Below, in pieces: positions 22,652-34,213 of a stretch of DNA of 64,000 nt. Both the position numbers and the translations under genes were made by a program. The stretch is from Catajapyx aquilonaris (Eukaryota). The stretch covers positions 1 through 64,000 of the forward strand of contig KZ538101.1 in assembly GCA_000934665.2 (NCBI GenBank), written 5' to 3'. The notes below the pieces were generated by a model, which worked only from the letters and a program-made list of their open reading frames with translations, was not told the DNA's origin and did no database searches. Position 1 is the first letter of the stretch. Every line of letters begins with the position of its first letter.

Positions 22652-24911
22652 GGGGGGGGGGGGGGAAAGGGAGCCGAATCGAACTCACAGCTTGGGACTA
22701 CCCATATGGATACCCATATTCTGAAACATGGTTTTGTAAGGAAGAGTGAGTCAGGGAGAAGAAGTGATGGCGTAATGAGGCGTTAATGAATGAAGTGTGC
22801 GTTCTTTCAAACTCGATCAAGGCACCAGGGCTTGATGAAAGAATGTGCTGGAATGTTGAGAGGCGTCATCTCGACCATATTTGGTGTCTCAATTGGAGAG
22901 GGGCTTCAGAATGAGTTGAGTAATGTTTTAGTCAAATCTAGTTTGGGATGGCAATTTGCATACATGAGGTTACACCTACCACCAACTGTATAACAAAGCA
23001 GAATTCGTATATAGGCTGGAAAATTATTTTACACGCATCTGTGTAGCTTTAAGGAAATGCTCTCAATCTGAATTTTGGAAATGTGGTTTAAAAAATTCAA
23101 TCGCATTTTATTTTATTTTGTTTGCTTAATTAAATAGAATAATGTTTGTGTAAGGACCAAACTAACTCATCTGGGGGGGGGGGGGNNNGTTTACTAAATA
23201 GGAGTGGGTGCTATTTCAAGTGGTGGGAAACGTGTAAACCGGCCAGATTGGTCCCAGAAGCATTCAAATATTTAAAGCGTATGCTGCTACAAAATTTATA
23301 TTTAGGATACAATTGTCAACCAGAGCCCCACCGGAACTAGTTTTTCTGTTTCACCCTGAAGTAGCGCAAGTTTTATTTCAAGCCTCTGCTAGTACATCGC
23401 CTGCATATTCTACCAGGTATTACACTGTACATTCAACAATGATCAAGCTCTGGAACTATAGTGGCACACAATATCTTCACCAGCAGCCAGCATAAACCGA
23501 CACAACACCGATATCCAAACAAAGTGAATGACTACCGACAAACTCCAAGTATCGCACGCACTAGTCAAGGCCGTCATAATTGATACCGTAGTATCATGCG
23601 AATGTAGACCCCCATGGCTGCGGTCAACTCTCGCTGCACCGGTACATATCTGCAACACCACCCAGCCAATATATGACCGCATTGTGGCCAGGCGTATGAA
23701 AGTGGTTACGTAAATTAGCACCTATCGAGCGATTTGTATCCTGTGAATTTCACTGCGATTAAGAGCATATGTGGCCTGTGACTCGTTGGATCACACCTGA
23801 TTCCGTCTGTTCTAAAGTGAGTTGTGACCAATCAGCTACTTGGGGAGGTGTAATAGCTAGAAAAGTGTTGAAATGATGAAGGGAGGATATTAACACGAGC
23901 GTTAGTTCGAAATCGCAGGAGGAGAGTGATAAATCAGCGTGCAATTATCAAAATCGGAGCGTGAATCTCGTTAAGTTTAGGTCTAGATCATTAAACTGAG
24001 TGGGTCGTTTGGTGATCGGCTGTAATATTTTGGATTCGCGATCGGGAAGTAAATTTTATTCAGTGATTGAAGGGATGCATAAATGACACTCCAAACTGAT
24101 GGTTGAGGAGCGTATAGCATATAGCGGATATCGGTGATGGATCTTGACTGGAATTAAGGGAATTGAGTATGATGAAGAGTTGCAGTGTACCGGAATAGGT
24201 TTGAAGAGAAGATAAGAATGTGTGCATTGCAGATTAAGATGTGGAGAAATTGCCAGGTGTCATTACTCCAATTGGACTAATTAGAGCGCCGCATTAATTC
24301 AGCGATATTGCGTGCACGCGTGAGCACTCCCACTTTTGTTAAGAGTTACAAGAAACTGACGACTCCACAGAATCCGAATGAACCTATCACATGATCAATA
24401 TTTAATACTGAATAAGAACCATCAATTCAGTCCCCCCCCCCACCTCTAATATATAGGCAAGTGCTAAAATCCTCCGCTTAGAACCCTGATTGGCTCCTAA
24501 CAGAAAGGCCTCCCCCTCCACCCTCGTTTGAATCCGCCACCATTCTCACCGAAAACCAAAAAGAAACTTTTGTCACACTCGACACAAAATGCGTCATTGT
24601 ACCTGAAACGATATAATTCGCCATTGTAAGGATATGACGTGACATTCGCAAACTTTCTAACGCCCACCGCTGAAGCACCTTTGCAGTCGACCAAGGCACC
24701 ACTCAACTGGAACTACAGTTAGGGGAAGGGTGCGGGAGGAAATCGGGGAGACCAGACCCCTGGATATTTCCAGCAAGAAAATGTAGCGATATATCCTTCA
24801 TACCCACGAAATCGTCAGAGAATAAATCACCGTGCAATTATCAGCCCAAATTATTTATTTTGTTAATTTAAAAAAATTTAAACAAATTTTGTGAGAAAAG
24901 GAACTAACACA

Positions 24912-25178
24912 CAGTAGCCTATCCACAGCCTAACTTCTCAAAAAAATAGGCATGTCCTGAATATCGCGACATCTGTAGTTAAGCATACACCGTAGGGTTT
25001 CAAAATAGGAAATCTTATGCACCGCACTGTATACCACCATTCCATAAGAGATCTGATTGGTGGAGCAGATGGCGGGAGGCCATCTGCTCCACCAATCAGA
25101 TCGCTTAGGGTGTATGATGGGGTAGTGGAGGGGCAGAGGTCATCGCCTGATTTTTGAGAAGTTATGCTGTGGGTACTG
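24912..25178. mobile_element. CAGTA-ended (Tc1/pogo-like) MITE with an internal perfect 24-bp hairpin
   Basis: cagtagcctatccacagcctaacttctcaaaaa vs tttttgagaagttatgctgtgggtactg-TA; internal stem 25050-25073 / 25079-25102. Confidence 0.72.
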
Positions 25179-26051
25179 TAATGAGTGTACAAGTGTCCTA
25201 TATATAGGACGCTAGGCATATATGGGTCGTTTGGTGAATGTACTGCAATGCACATGCATTTCCCCCAAACTAAGCTGCATCGTGCACCACATAGCTAGGT
25301 TTCCAAGGGATGCAATGACCTCTAGGTTGCTGGCTAGCTCCCTTAGAGCTTTGGTATTTTATGGAGGTAACCCAGAGCTAACGTGAATTGAATAGTCTCA
25401 GGTGAGAAAAAAGAGGAAAATGAGTGGGCTGGCGCATTACCCCCCTCAATTCCCTACCTACCTTCCAACCACTCTTCCTCCCTCCCTCCCTCCTCCCTCC
25501 TCCCCCCACTTCTGGAAGAGAAGTGGGAGAGCAAATCCAAGAAGGGAGGTAGCAGTGGAGGATTTATTCTCCTCGTAGCCAGCCAGCGATTGAAATGAGA
25601 GCCAGAGGGAGGCAGAGAGGATTAAGAGAGGATCAGCGCGGCGTTTGTCAAGAGGGCACCAGCAAGGACGCCAAGCCAAGCTTCTTCTTTTTTGGGGGGG
25701 AGATTTTCTTCTTTTTTTTTTGAAGTAGATCTCTCTCGTGGACTTTCTTTTCATTTTCCAATCTTGCTCTTTGAGGACATCCGCTCATCTGGCCACACTT
25801 GAGCTTTATTTAGCACTTAGGAGATGGATGTAGCAAAAGGCTGGTTTCTGTTATTTAACAGGATGATAGCTTTACAGATTTATGTTATTTAAACATTATG
25901 GTACGCAGTCAGCGAAGAGAAAATATTCCAAAATATTAATATAGTTAAATGTATTTCAAATCCTGCTATGTGATAGCTAGGAAGCAATATTTCGGCTTTA
26001 GTTTACTGTTGACAATAAAGTACTCTACATAACTTACTATAGTATAATATA

Positions 26052-26475
26052 CAGGGTGTTCCATGTTCGTGGGTTACTTTTCTTATCACTAATATTGCCC
26101 GAAGTGGCTTGTTGTGCCCCTAATCATTTGCCCTATTCTACAGCAACTGCTATACAAGGTGTCGCAACTTTTTTGTCCGAACAATTATCGTAAATATTGC
26201 ACTAAACTGCTTATTTTTAGCAGTGACTTGCAACCAGTGATTATTCCCTGGCTTTATTAGTTGAGGGATGTGCCAGGAATGTTGGGGCATATTCTGGCTA
26301 CACAGCTATAGAAAATACATAGGCTTTTCCGATAACTGTTCGGACAAAAAAGTTGAAATACCTTGTATATTCGACCACCTGGGGAAACTGATTAGGGGCA
26401 CAACAAGTTACAAAAAATAACCACTTCGGGCAATATTAGTGATAAGAAAAGGACCCACGAACTAGGAACACCCTG
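26052..26475. mobile_element. Tc1/mariner-type MITE family C containing a nested family B element
   Basis: TA-CAGGGTGTTCC...GGAACACCCTG-TA with ~70-90 bp inverted arms. Confidence 0.9.
26155..26365. mobile_element. Nested family B MITE
   Basis: TA-CAAGGTGTCGCAACTTTTTTGTCCGAAC...GTTCGGACAAAAAAGTTGAAATACCTTG-TA; matches 8308-8514. Confidence 0.85.
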
Positions 26476-27213
26476 TATTTGTATTAATACAGGGCATTTT
26501 CCGACTTATGGCAAGTGCTGCTCTCTGTAGACTTATCGACATTTGACGAGAAAAGAACCGCGGTTGAAATCAGTGTATTGGACACATCCTGCTGTACTAT
26601 TGTTACAGGTACCGCTTACCTAATTTGGTTATTTACTGATTACAGAGGCTTCCAAACCTGAGCGCTTCATGTTGATCCCGACCCTCCCCGCCTACCTCTC
26701 CCCTGTTCTCTCCCCTCTCGCTCCCCTTCCCTCATTTAAAACTGGTTAAATAATGCGTACGACCGTGGGCCCACCAGTACTGGAATCTAACTTGTTTACC
26801 GACCTATTACGGTACGTGAAAACTTGGCAGTTATAACTACGACTGAACACATTCACTCTCCCGCTCACTCGTGTCAAATGGTGATTTAGGCCCGGCGAAT
26901 CAAATAGTAGAACCTCGTTGTTTTGCTTCGTGCCAATATTGGCAAAGGACTGGAATGTTAATTGTACAGTAATAATTGACATTCCACCCGCTAACCAATT
27001 AGACACATTAATCTATCGTTTTTAAGTGCGCCGTTACATAATGATATTAGCAACTGGAATTATTAAATATGAAACGAAAGTTGAGCAATACGAGCTGGAT
27101 TGTCCTTTGGGGACACCTTTGGCATTAACAATTATTTAAAAGGGTATTACAATGCATATTTATGTAAGCCGAATGAACATTGAACAGGTCTATCCTGAAT
27201 CAGGTATAACCTG

Positions 27214-27262
27214 CTCGCTAACAAATAGCTTTAGACCAGGTCTAAAGCTATTTGTTAGCGAG
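27214..27262. repeat. Perfect 24-bp hairpin, 1-nt loop
   Basis: ctcgctaacaaatagctttagacc-a-ggtctaaagctatttgttagcgag. Confidence 0.92.
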
Positions 27263-27670
27263 TAACTGCTTAATAAAAACAGATTAATGCCAAATACTAA
27301 TATGTGATAGCACTGTACATTCAGTCGGAATGATATTGTTGAATGAAACACGCCTGCCACATTCACTTTCTGTGGAACAAAAGAGTAGTTTGAGTTGCCT
27401 ACAATCTCAGGATAAAAGGGGCTGGTTCTAGTTGTAACCTAGTTGCATGAAGTAGTTTTTCCCTCTATTATATCCACCCAACCCCTATTAAAACCCCGAA
27501 AAAAAAATTCAAGTTTTGGCTACGATTATAGGCTAGCCCAGGCCCGTATTCGCATATTTTACTGTATTTTCCGCAGGACATTAATAAGGTTCCCCTCCTC
27601 CTCCTCCTCCCACTTTTTTCTTCCCCCCCCCCCCCCCCCCCCCCCCCCCCTATGCCGGCAAGGCTCCGGA

Positions 27671-27799
27671 NNNNNNNNNNNNNNNNNNNNNNNNNNNNNN
27701 NNNNNNNNNNNNNNNNNNNNNNNNNNNNNNNNNNNNNNNNNNNNNNNNNNNNNNNNNNNNNNNNNNNNNNNNNNNNNNNNNNNNNNNNNNNNNNNNNNN
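27671..27799. other. Assembly gap
   Basis: N run followed by poly-C. Confidence 0.99.
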
Positions 27800-28551
27800 C
27801 CCCCCCCCCTCCTCCCATCCCCTTCCCTAGCCCTCTCTCCCCTCTTTTCACTGGTAGATGTGTCAGAATCATCCCTCGGAGGCTTACTTCCTTCACCACA
27901 AACTGCCTTCGACTCAGGTGCTGCTTCACTTCCCTATTTCGTTTAAAACGCGTTTTTACGTATATTTTTTGCTCCCCTGGCTCACGTTGCCTTTGGCATG
28001 CTCTGTACTTTCATTAGGAGAAATCCTTCTATTTTTCTCCACCCACCCTCTGCCCTCCCCCTCCCTCCCCAAAAGCTTTCTCCCCAAGTAAATTATTTCC
28101 AACCATTGAGCCTGGACAAATAATTTCATTATGCAGCTGCTCATTATTGCCGGTATTAGACTGGCTCGTAAAATGCTATCCCTTCTTGCTAATGAGGCCG
28201 TACGTCACAGCCGCCAGCATATCCATCTTGGCGGGTAGGCTTCGAATTAAAGACGGAGGGAGGAGGGGGGGGGGCAAAGGGTGGAGCAGGGAGTTGGGGG
28301 GGGGGGGGGATCACTCGGGNCTATTTGCATCTGTGCTACTGTGACTGCAGAAAGAGGCACACAAACCAGGCTCCTTGCTTTTGTAGAGTTGGTCGAATTG
28401 TGGGTCTGACTTATATAGAGAATGGCGAACATGAGACTGGTTAGAAATGGCTTACAATATGGATATACTGTACACACAAAAAAATAGCTTGAATTGAACC
28501 TAATAATATTAACTACTTTACTTAAAACATACTAAACAAAAGTAATTGCTT

Positions 28552-28775
28552 TTTATTTTTTACCCCGTTGCTTCATACATGGATGGGGCCAAGGATATAG
28601 TGAAGGAAGGAAGCGCCTGTAGCCTATTATACGGAAGCGACCCCGGAATTATCCTGGGAGGACCGTGGGAAACCACAGAAAACCACGGTTAGGATCGACG
28701 GCCCCGGAAATCGAACCCAGGACCTCCCGATAAGCAGTCGGACTCCTTAACCACTACACCAACCTGCTTCGATTA
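28552..28775 (-). mobile_element. tRNA-derived SINE, family A copy 2
   Basis: Same head and body as 5117-5294; A-rich tail; 9-bp TSD taattgctt (28543-28551, 28776-28784). Confidence 0.85.
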
Positions 28776-29358
28776 TAATTGCTTAATAACTAGCGTTTAA
28801 AAATTACTAGATTTTAGTTTCCTCTACTGCTACATTTCAAGCAGACTATCCTTTACATATACTCGAAGCTAAAAGGCGGCTTCCTGAAAAGCTGGGGGGA
28901 GGGGGGGGGGGCAATCTAACTCTGAAAACATGATCACAAGTTCCGCTTATAGCCCACCTTGTACCAACCCAATCTGCGGTTAGGTCAGTGAATGGCATCT
29001 CGTAATGACAATTAAGCCGGCCGGATCAGCGCGGTGGGGAGACTCGAGTACAATAATCGAGGACTTGATATCGACAGAGTTGGGCGTGATTTTTAAGTGG
29101 ATAATTATGCAACCTATAGCACTATGCCACTGCCACAAACAGTACTAGTTAACTCTATTTTGATCCACTGGTTATACAGCATGGTTGAGAGGTGGTATAC
29201 TGTATACTCCATAATGAGACTATAGGGTTCGAGCCCTTCAGGATGAAAAAAATGGCGCGTTTTATGCAGGGATTGTTAAATACTTCAGTGCAGAAGTTTC
29301 AATAAGGATCTTTGATTGGGGATGATAATGAGCGTCTGTCTAGGTGGTAAATGCTGTA

Positions 29359-29624
29359 TGGACATTAATCGCGTCGTACTGCTAGCGACATTTTCCGATG
29401 CGGCAGACGTACAAATCGAAGTGATAGAGTGCGAGCCACGCGAGAAAGAAATGGTAGGCCTTGGGTGACGTCATCTGCTGGGGACAAGCCTTTTTCTCAA
29501 TTGCTCCCAGCCGGTGACGTCACCCAAGGCCTACCTCTTCTGATTCTCACGCACTCTTATCACTTCGATTTACACGTCTGCCGCACGGTAAATGTCGCTA
29601 GCAGTATGACGCGATTAATGTCCA
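29359..29624. mobile_element. Palindromic MITE-like element
   Basis: ~120-bp imperfect inverted arms tggacattaatcgcgtc...gacgcgattaatgtcca; mirrored TGACGTCA near the centre; TSD unclear. Confidence 0.8.
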
Positions 29625-31627
29625 ACACTGTACAAGCATGTAAGCTAGACCATGTGGCTAGGACACAAACATGACCGCCTCTGTACAGAGATGAATTGAT
29701 TGCTAATTCATCACTTCGATTCGTTCTTTTGCCACCATCGGCTCGTGGCGCCACCAGTAAGACACCATTAACTGTACGAACCCTGATTTCAACCGGACAA
29801 TCCAGAATTGAGCCTGAGCATTGCTCCAGAAAAAAAAAACGGAGTTGTGTGTGTGTTGCCAGGTTTAGCTGGCGCGGAAGGAAGTCTGAATAGGATGGAG
29901 GCAGGTTCCTTCGTTCACCTCTTGGCCGTCAGCCTGTCGGAATTGGATGCTCGCTTTCTAGTTGTCATCTGCCACGCCGCTGTCAAGGATATTAAACGGG
30001 CCTCCTGGAGCGGAGCTTCGATCGCGCAAGGGGACCAGTAAATTTCTTTCCAACACTGTCTTCGATAGAGAATTGGTAAAAGTATGTCATTTCCCCCAAG
30101 AATCGATTATCGAAAAACCAAAGTGAGCAGGGAAGTCCGCATGGGAAAACTCATCCTCAAGTAATATGAAAACTTTGATATGAAGGTTTATAAAAATTAT
30201 TAAGAAGGGACAAGTTTTGGAGTGTTCATGCAAGGGGGTTGTGAAATGGCCAGGACCTGAATTGAGATGACCAAGAACTTTGACATTGATTAGATCGGCA
30301 CAATTTTTGACAATATTGAAAAGGATATGAAAAACCAGAAGTTAGATAGTATGTTTTTTAAAAAAATTGTGGGGGTTTGAGTGGAGCAAACTGTTTGCAA
30401 TCACTTTACTAACTACAGCTGCGTGCTTGTCACCAGCAATTTTTAGCTTCATGTCACGCGATGGTCATGCGTGATCTGTATTCACTCGATTGTGGCGGTC
30501 AATATTGATTCAGGGGTCCCCTGCCTGCCCGTTCGACGGCGATATCACATTTTAGTGCAATGTAAGCCTGGGAGAGACTGTGTCCAGAAGCGGATGCTCG
30601 GGCTCGAAACAACTTCAAGTGATGCATGAAAGTCATTGAAAAATACAGTTTATTGGGTGCAATGTTTTCAAATGACGATCTGAAATGCAAAACGATCACA
30701 GCCATATTAATATTTCAGAAATGAGACACTTATCCAGGATGAACTAATATTTAAGCTTATTTTGATGTTCTCGGAGCATACCGACGTTATACATTTAATT
30801 ATTATCCATGTAGCTCAAGTCCATATTTATGCGCTAAGTTAGTGAATAATTTGGTGTACTCACATCACATGATCCAAGGATGAGAGTATAGATATGGAGG
30901 GTAGTGGAATAGACTCAAAAGTAACGACGTGAGTATACATCATGCTTTTGAAGTGCCACTTTGGTCGTTTTATTATTCATTGGTGTGGTGCAAGCTTGCA
31001 AAATAAATAACCCCTATGTAACAGGCAGAGCAAATAAGAAAGCAAACCCTGCATTTAAAATGAAGGCACACTATGTCCATAGCTAAGTCCATTCCGGGAA
31101 AATACTGTATATTGGTGTACTACATGTATGGCCCTATTACGAAATAAAGGCCTAATTGCTAATTGCCGGAAGGTCAAATGTCACTTGTTTGGTTGAATTC
31201 GACTAATACAACACTCCATTATTTTATCGCACATCACAGTTACTGCTTTTTTTGCATACAACAACAGTATAAAGATGGAAAAATACTTACTGTAAGTTAT
31301 ATAAGTTACTCGCAAGTAACAGGTATGCATGAGTTTTCTGTTAAATCATTAGCCATTGGCTCCAATAAGATAAATAAATATGCTAATATTAAGTTAATAT
31401 GGAATAGGGATTATATTAATGTGACGTACCAGTAATCACCACATACACCGGCATACACTTACACAGAGAGCCCTATTGTATGGCTAATTATTAAGCCTAT
31501 TTTCAAAAAAATTAAATAATAATCAGATCATTATGTACTCAATACCCAAGCAGTGTGATCAATGAAACGTTTTAAAAAACGTCAATATTGTAAAAATGGA
31601 GTTCAAGGTGACATAAATTTCCATGAC

Positions 31628-31655
31628 GCTGACAATTGTCTCCGAGGGTACCAAA

Positions 31656-31694
<39 letters not shown>

Positions 31695-31701
31695 ATTAAT
31701 T
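31628..31701 (+). mobile_element. Severely 5'-truncated retro-insertion with (AAAT)n tail
   Basis: 25 nt of unique sequence plus (AAAT)n, flanked by 12-bp direct repeat aatttccatgac (31616-31627, 31702-31713). Confidence 0.75.
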
Positions 31702-32189
31702 AATTTCCATGACCCAGAGGCTCGTCAGCAGCAAAATGTTACGTATAAGTTATGTATTGTATGCATCAGCCCAATAAAATAAATTCATGAAATGACGTGT
31801 TCTTTCAAAACGCTATGAACAACAACGTAGTTTTGCTACATTTGCAAAACAACAACTTGTTACGCCTAAACTAGGACAGTTTTAGAAATCAGGACTGTCT
31901 TATTTATCCTATAGCTCGAGAATTTCCAATTGAATTTTGAAAATAAATATAGGAATATATTCTAACAATATTATGCACTATTGACCAGTGCAACTGCAAC
32001 AAGCGAGAAACACCCACATACAGGAGTCACTTATTCAATGTGTTTGTCTTCCCCGTCAGAACAGGTAATACGGAAAACACTTCTGACCAAAGGAACCGTA
32101 CGTTCAAGCTCCTAAATAAATTAATGCTAAATTTTAGAACTATTTTGCCTTCATTTTATACGAAAGCGCCTTTGAAATATTCAGAAAAG

Positions 32190-32412
32190 GGCCATGACTT
32201 TCCTAACGCCCTCGCATATATGGTTACGGTTGTCAGAATGCTTATTAGTGGCGTCCATCACAAAAGGAAGAATAAGAAACAGATGTTGTTTTTGACTACT
32301 ATATTTGTGAGTATTGTGACAGTATCAAGTGCGGAACTATCATTTTCCAAGCTGATACTCATAAAAACCTACATAAAGAAGCAGCATGGGTCAGGACAGG
32401 CTATCTTCTCTT
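32190..32412 (+). pseudogene. hAT transposase C-terminal dimerisation domain remnant
   Basis: FPNAL...FLTTIFVSIVTVSSAELSFSKLILIKTYI then, after a 1-nt frameshift, RSSMGQDRLSSL; fits the hAT pattern VTVASAERSFSKLKLIKTYLRSTM.Q.RL..L. Confidence 0.85.
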
Positions 32413-32959
32413 GAAACACCCCCCCCCCCCACACATCCTTCTGGCGATTTGGCATTTGCAAATGTCATAACTTGTGCTGAGAATGACGATGGGTAATGGC
32501 AGCATCGCGAGGTCAATGGTATAGACCTATCATTGTCGTATCACATCGTGAGGTTTCCTTTGACTCATGGCGGAATGGGTGGCAAAGTTTGATTCACGTC
32601 ACTTAACACTAGTTTGTTTTGTTATGCTATCAGTTACTTATCTGGACTCTTGCTCCTTATTGGCCGTAGCTTTGAGTGATAAATACGTCAAAGCTCTTTG
32701 GCGTTTGAAGGACCGGGTTGATTTCTGATTAGAATTGGCGTGAGTCTGTTCAAGACAGTGCATTGATTGCGTGGTCGTCAGCAGATCAGGTTGTAATTTG
32801 CGTATCGCTAATATTCACACAATTCTCCATATTATTCTGATGAATTTGACAGGTGGATTTACGTTGAGATGCAGGTAGCACGTCAGAGTTGCAGTTCCGG
32901 AGAGTATAGCCTAGCATCATTATTGGTGTTAGTTCATTTAAAAACATTTAGAGGGACGC

Positions 32960-33071
32960 CGAATATAGCAGGTGCTCAATGGTTAGGGGCACAACAAGCT
33001 ACAAAAATTAACTGCTATCGTGCGATATATATAAGTGATCAAAAAGTGACCCACGAACCTGGAACACCCTG
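32960..33071. mobile_element. Truncated family C MITE (one arm plus centre)
   Basis: cgaatatagcag...ttaggggcacaacaagctacaaaaat...gacccacgaacctggaacaccctg-TA. Confidence 0.75.
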
Positions 33072-34085
33072 TATACAAACTTTTGCGAGATCAAAATGCG
33101 AAGAACAAGGTCACAAGTTATCATACAGATACTGAAAGTGGTTGAAGGTCAATATTACAAATTCCATTGACTCGAATCATTACTCCCCGGTTTTTTTCGC
33201 AAACAAGGTCGTCCTTGTATATCACAAACATGGTGAAATCACAACGTTCCCGCCAAATGTCAGATTAGTACTGCGTATCGAATTAATGGGGTCAAATTTC
33301 TGTAGTGTACTTTGGACTCCTTGGCAATCAGAAGCATGATTTCCCATATCGTAGAGTTATGATTAAAAACAGATACAACCTATCAAGAAAAACAACTTGG
33401 CACTGTAAATTGCAATAGATAAATGTGCTACATTGTAAGTAAATTTTACAGCACTTACTCTCTCCTTACGATAACCCTTTGACACTAATCTAATAATAGT
33501 TGACAGCTCTTTCATAGTATGGATCAAAAGGACGCACCTCCACTCTGCTTCCTACCCTCATGCTCCCCTATAGCCTGTACGACAACAACTGCAGCACTTC
33601 CGGGCACTGCAGCTTTGCACCATCTCTTCTCATCATTACATTTGCATGACTTGTCACCTGCTGGCATCTGCATTTCTGAGCTAACAAGACCACAAAACAA
33701 GTGTTCCCCTCCCCCCATTCCGTCACTTGTTATATACCATGTGCTTTTCCTCTGGTGCGTTACGGTAAGTTCCCACTTTCCGTGGTTCCGCACGGAAGTC
33801 AGGTTGGGGTGGCTTTTCCAATTCTCTAGGGTCAACGGCGCCTGATTACATCAGCCAGAGAAGAGCGCCTGCCTGCTGCTTCAGAGTTACAATACACTGC
33901 CACATTACTCGGGTCAAAACTCACACGCGGTCAAGAAAGGGAAAATTATATGTGCCCAGTTGACAACACAGCTAATATTTTCCGGAGTTGTTGCGTCAAC
34001 AATGAGGGCGTCAACAATATCAATAGAAGTTTGATTCGAGAAGTGGCTCTATGAAATTAATATATGCAGTCTATATACTACCTAG

Positions 34086-34213
34086 GGGGTGGATTTATCA
34101 AATGTCGTAAGTCAAATTTTCGTCGTAGCCGGTAGTAACTACACAGTTACTAATAATTAACTAACTATGGTTACGACGAAAATTTGACTTACGACATTTG
34201 ATGAATCTACCCC
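34086..34213. mobile_element. PIF/Harbinger-like (Tourist-type) MITE
   Basis: ~45-bp TIRs ggggtggatttatcaaatgtcgtaagtc / gacttacgacatttgatgaatctacccc, flanked by 3-bp TAG repeats. Confidence 0.8.

Noticed and set aside
23351..23370. Partial miR-275 match cctgaagtagcgc
   Set aside because: Seed absent; no precursor fold.
23443..24720. Compositionally distinct block, possibly a viral or retroelement relic
   Set aside because: The frames I translated have stops and no recognisable domain; needs BLASTX or HMM search.
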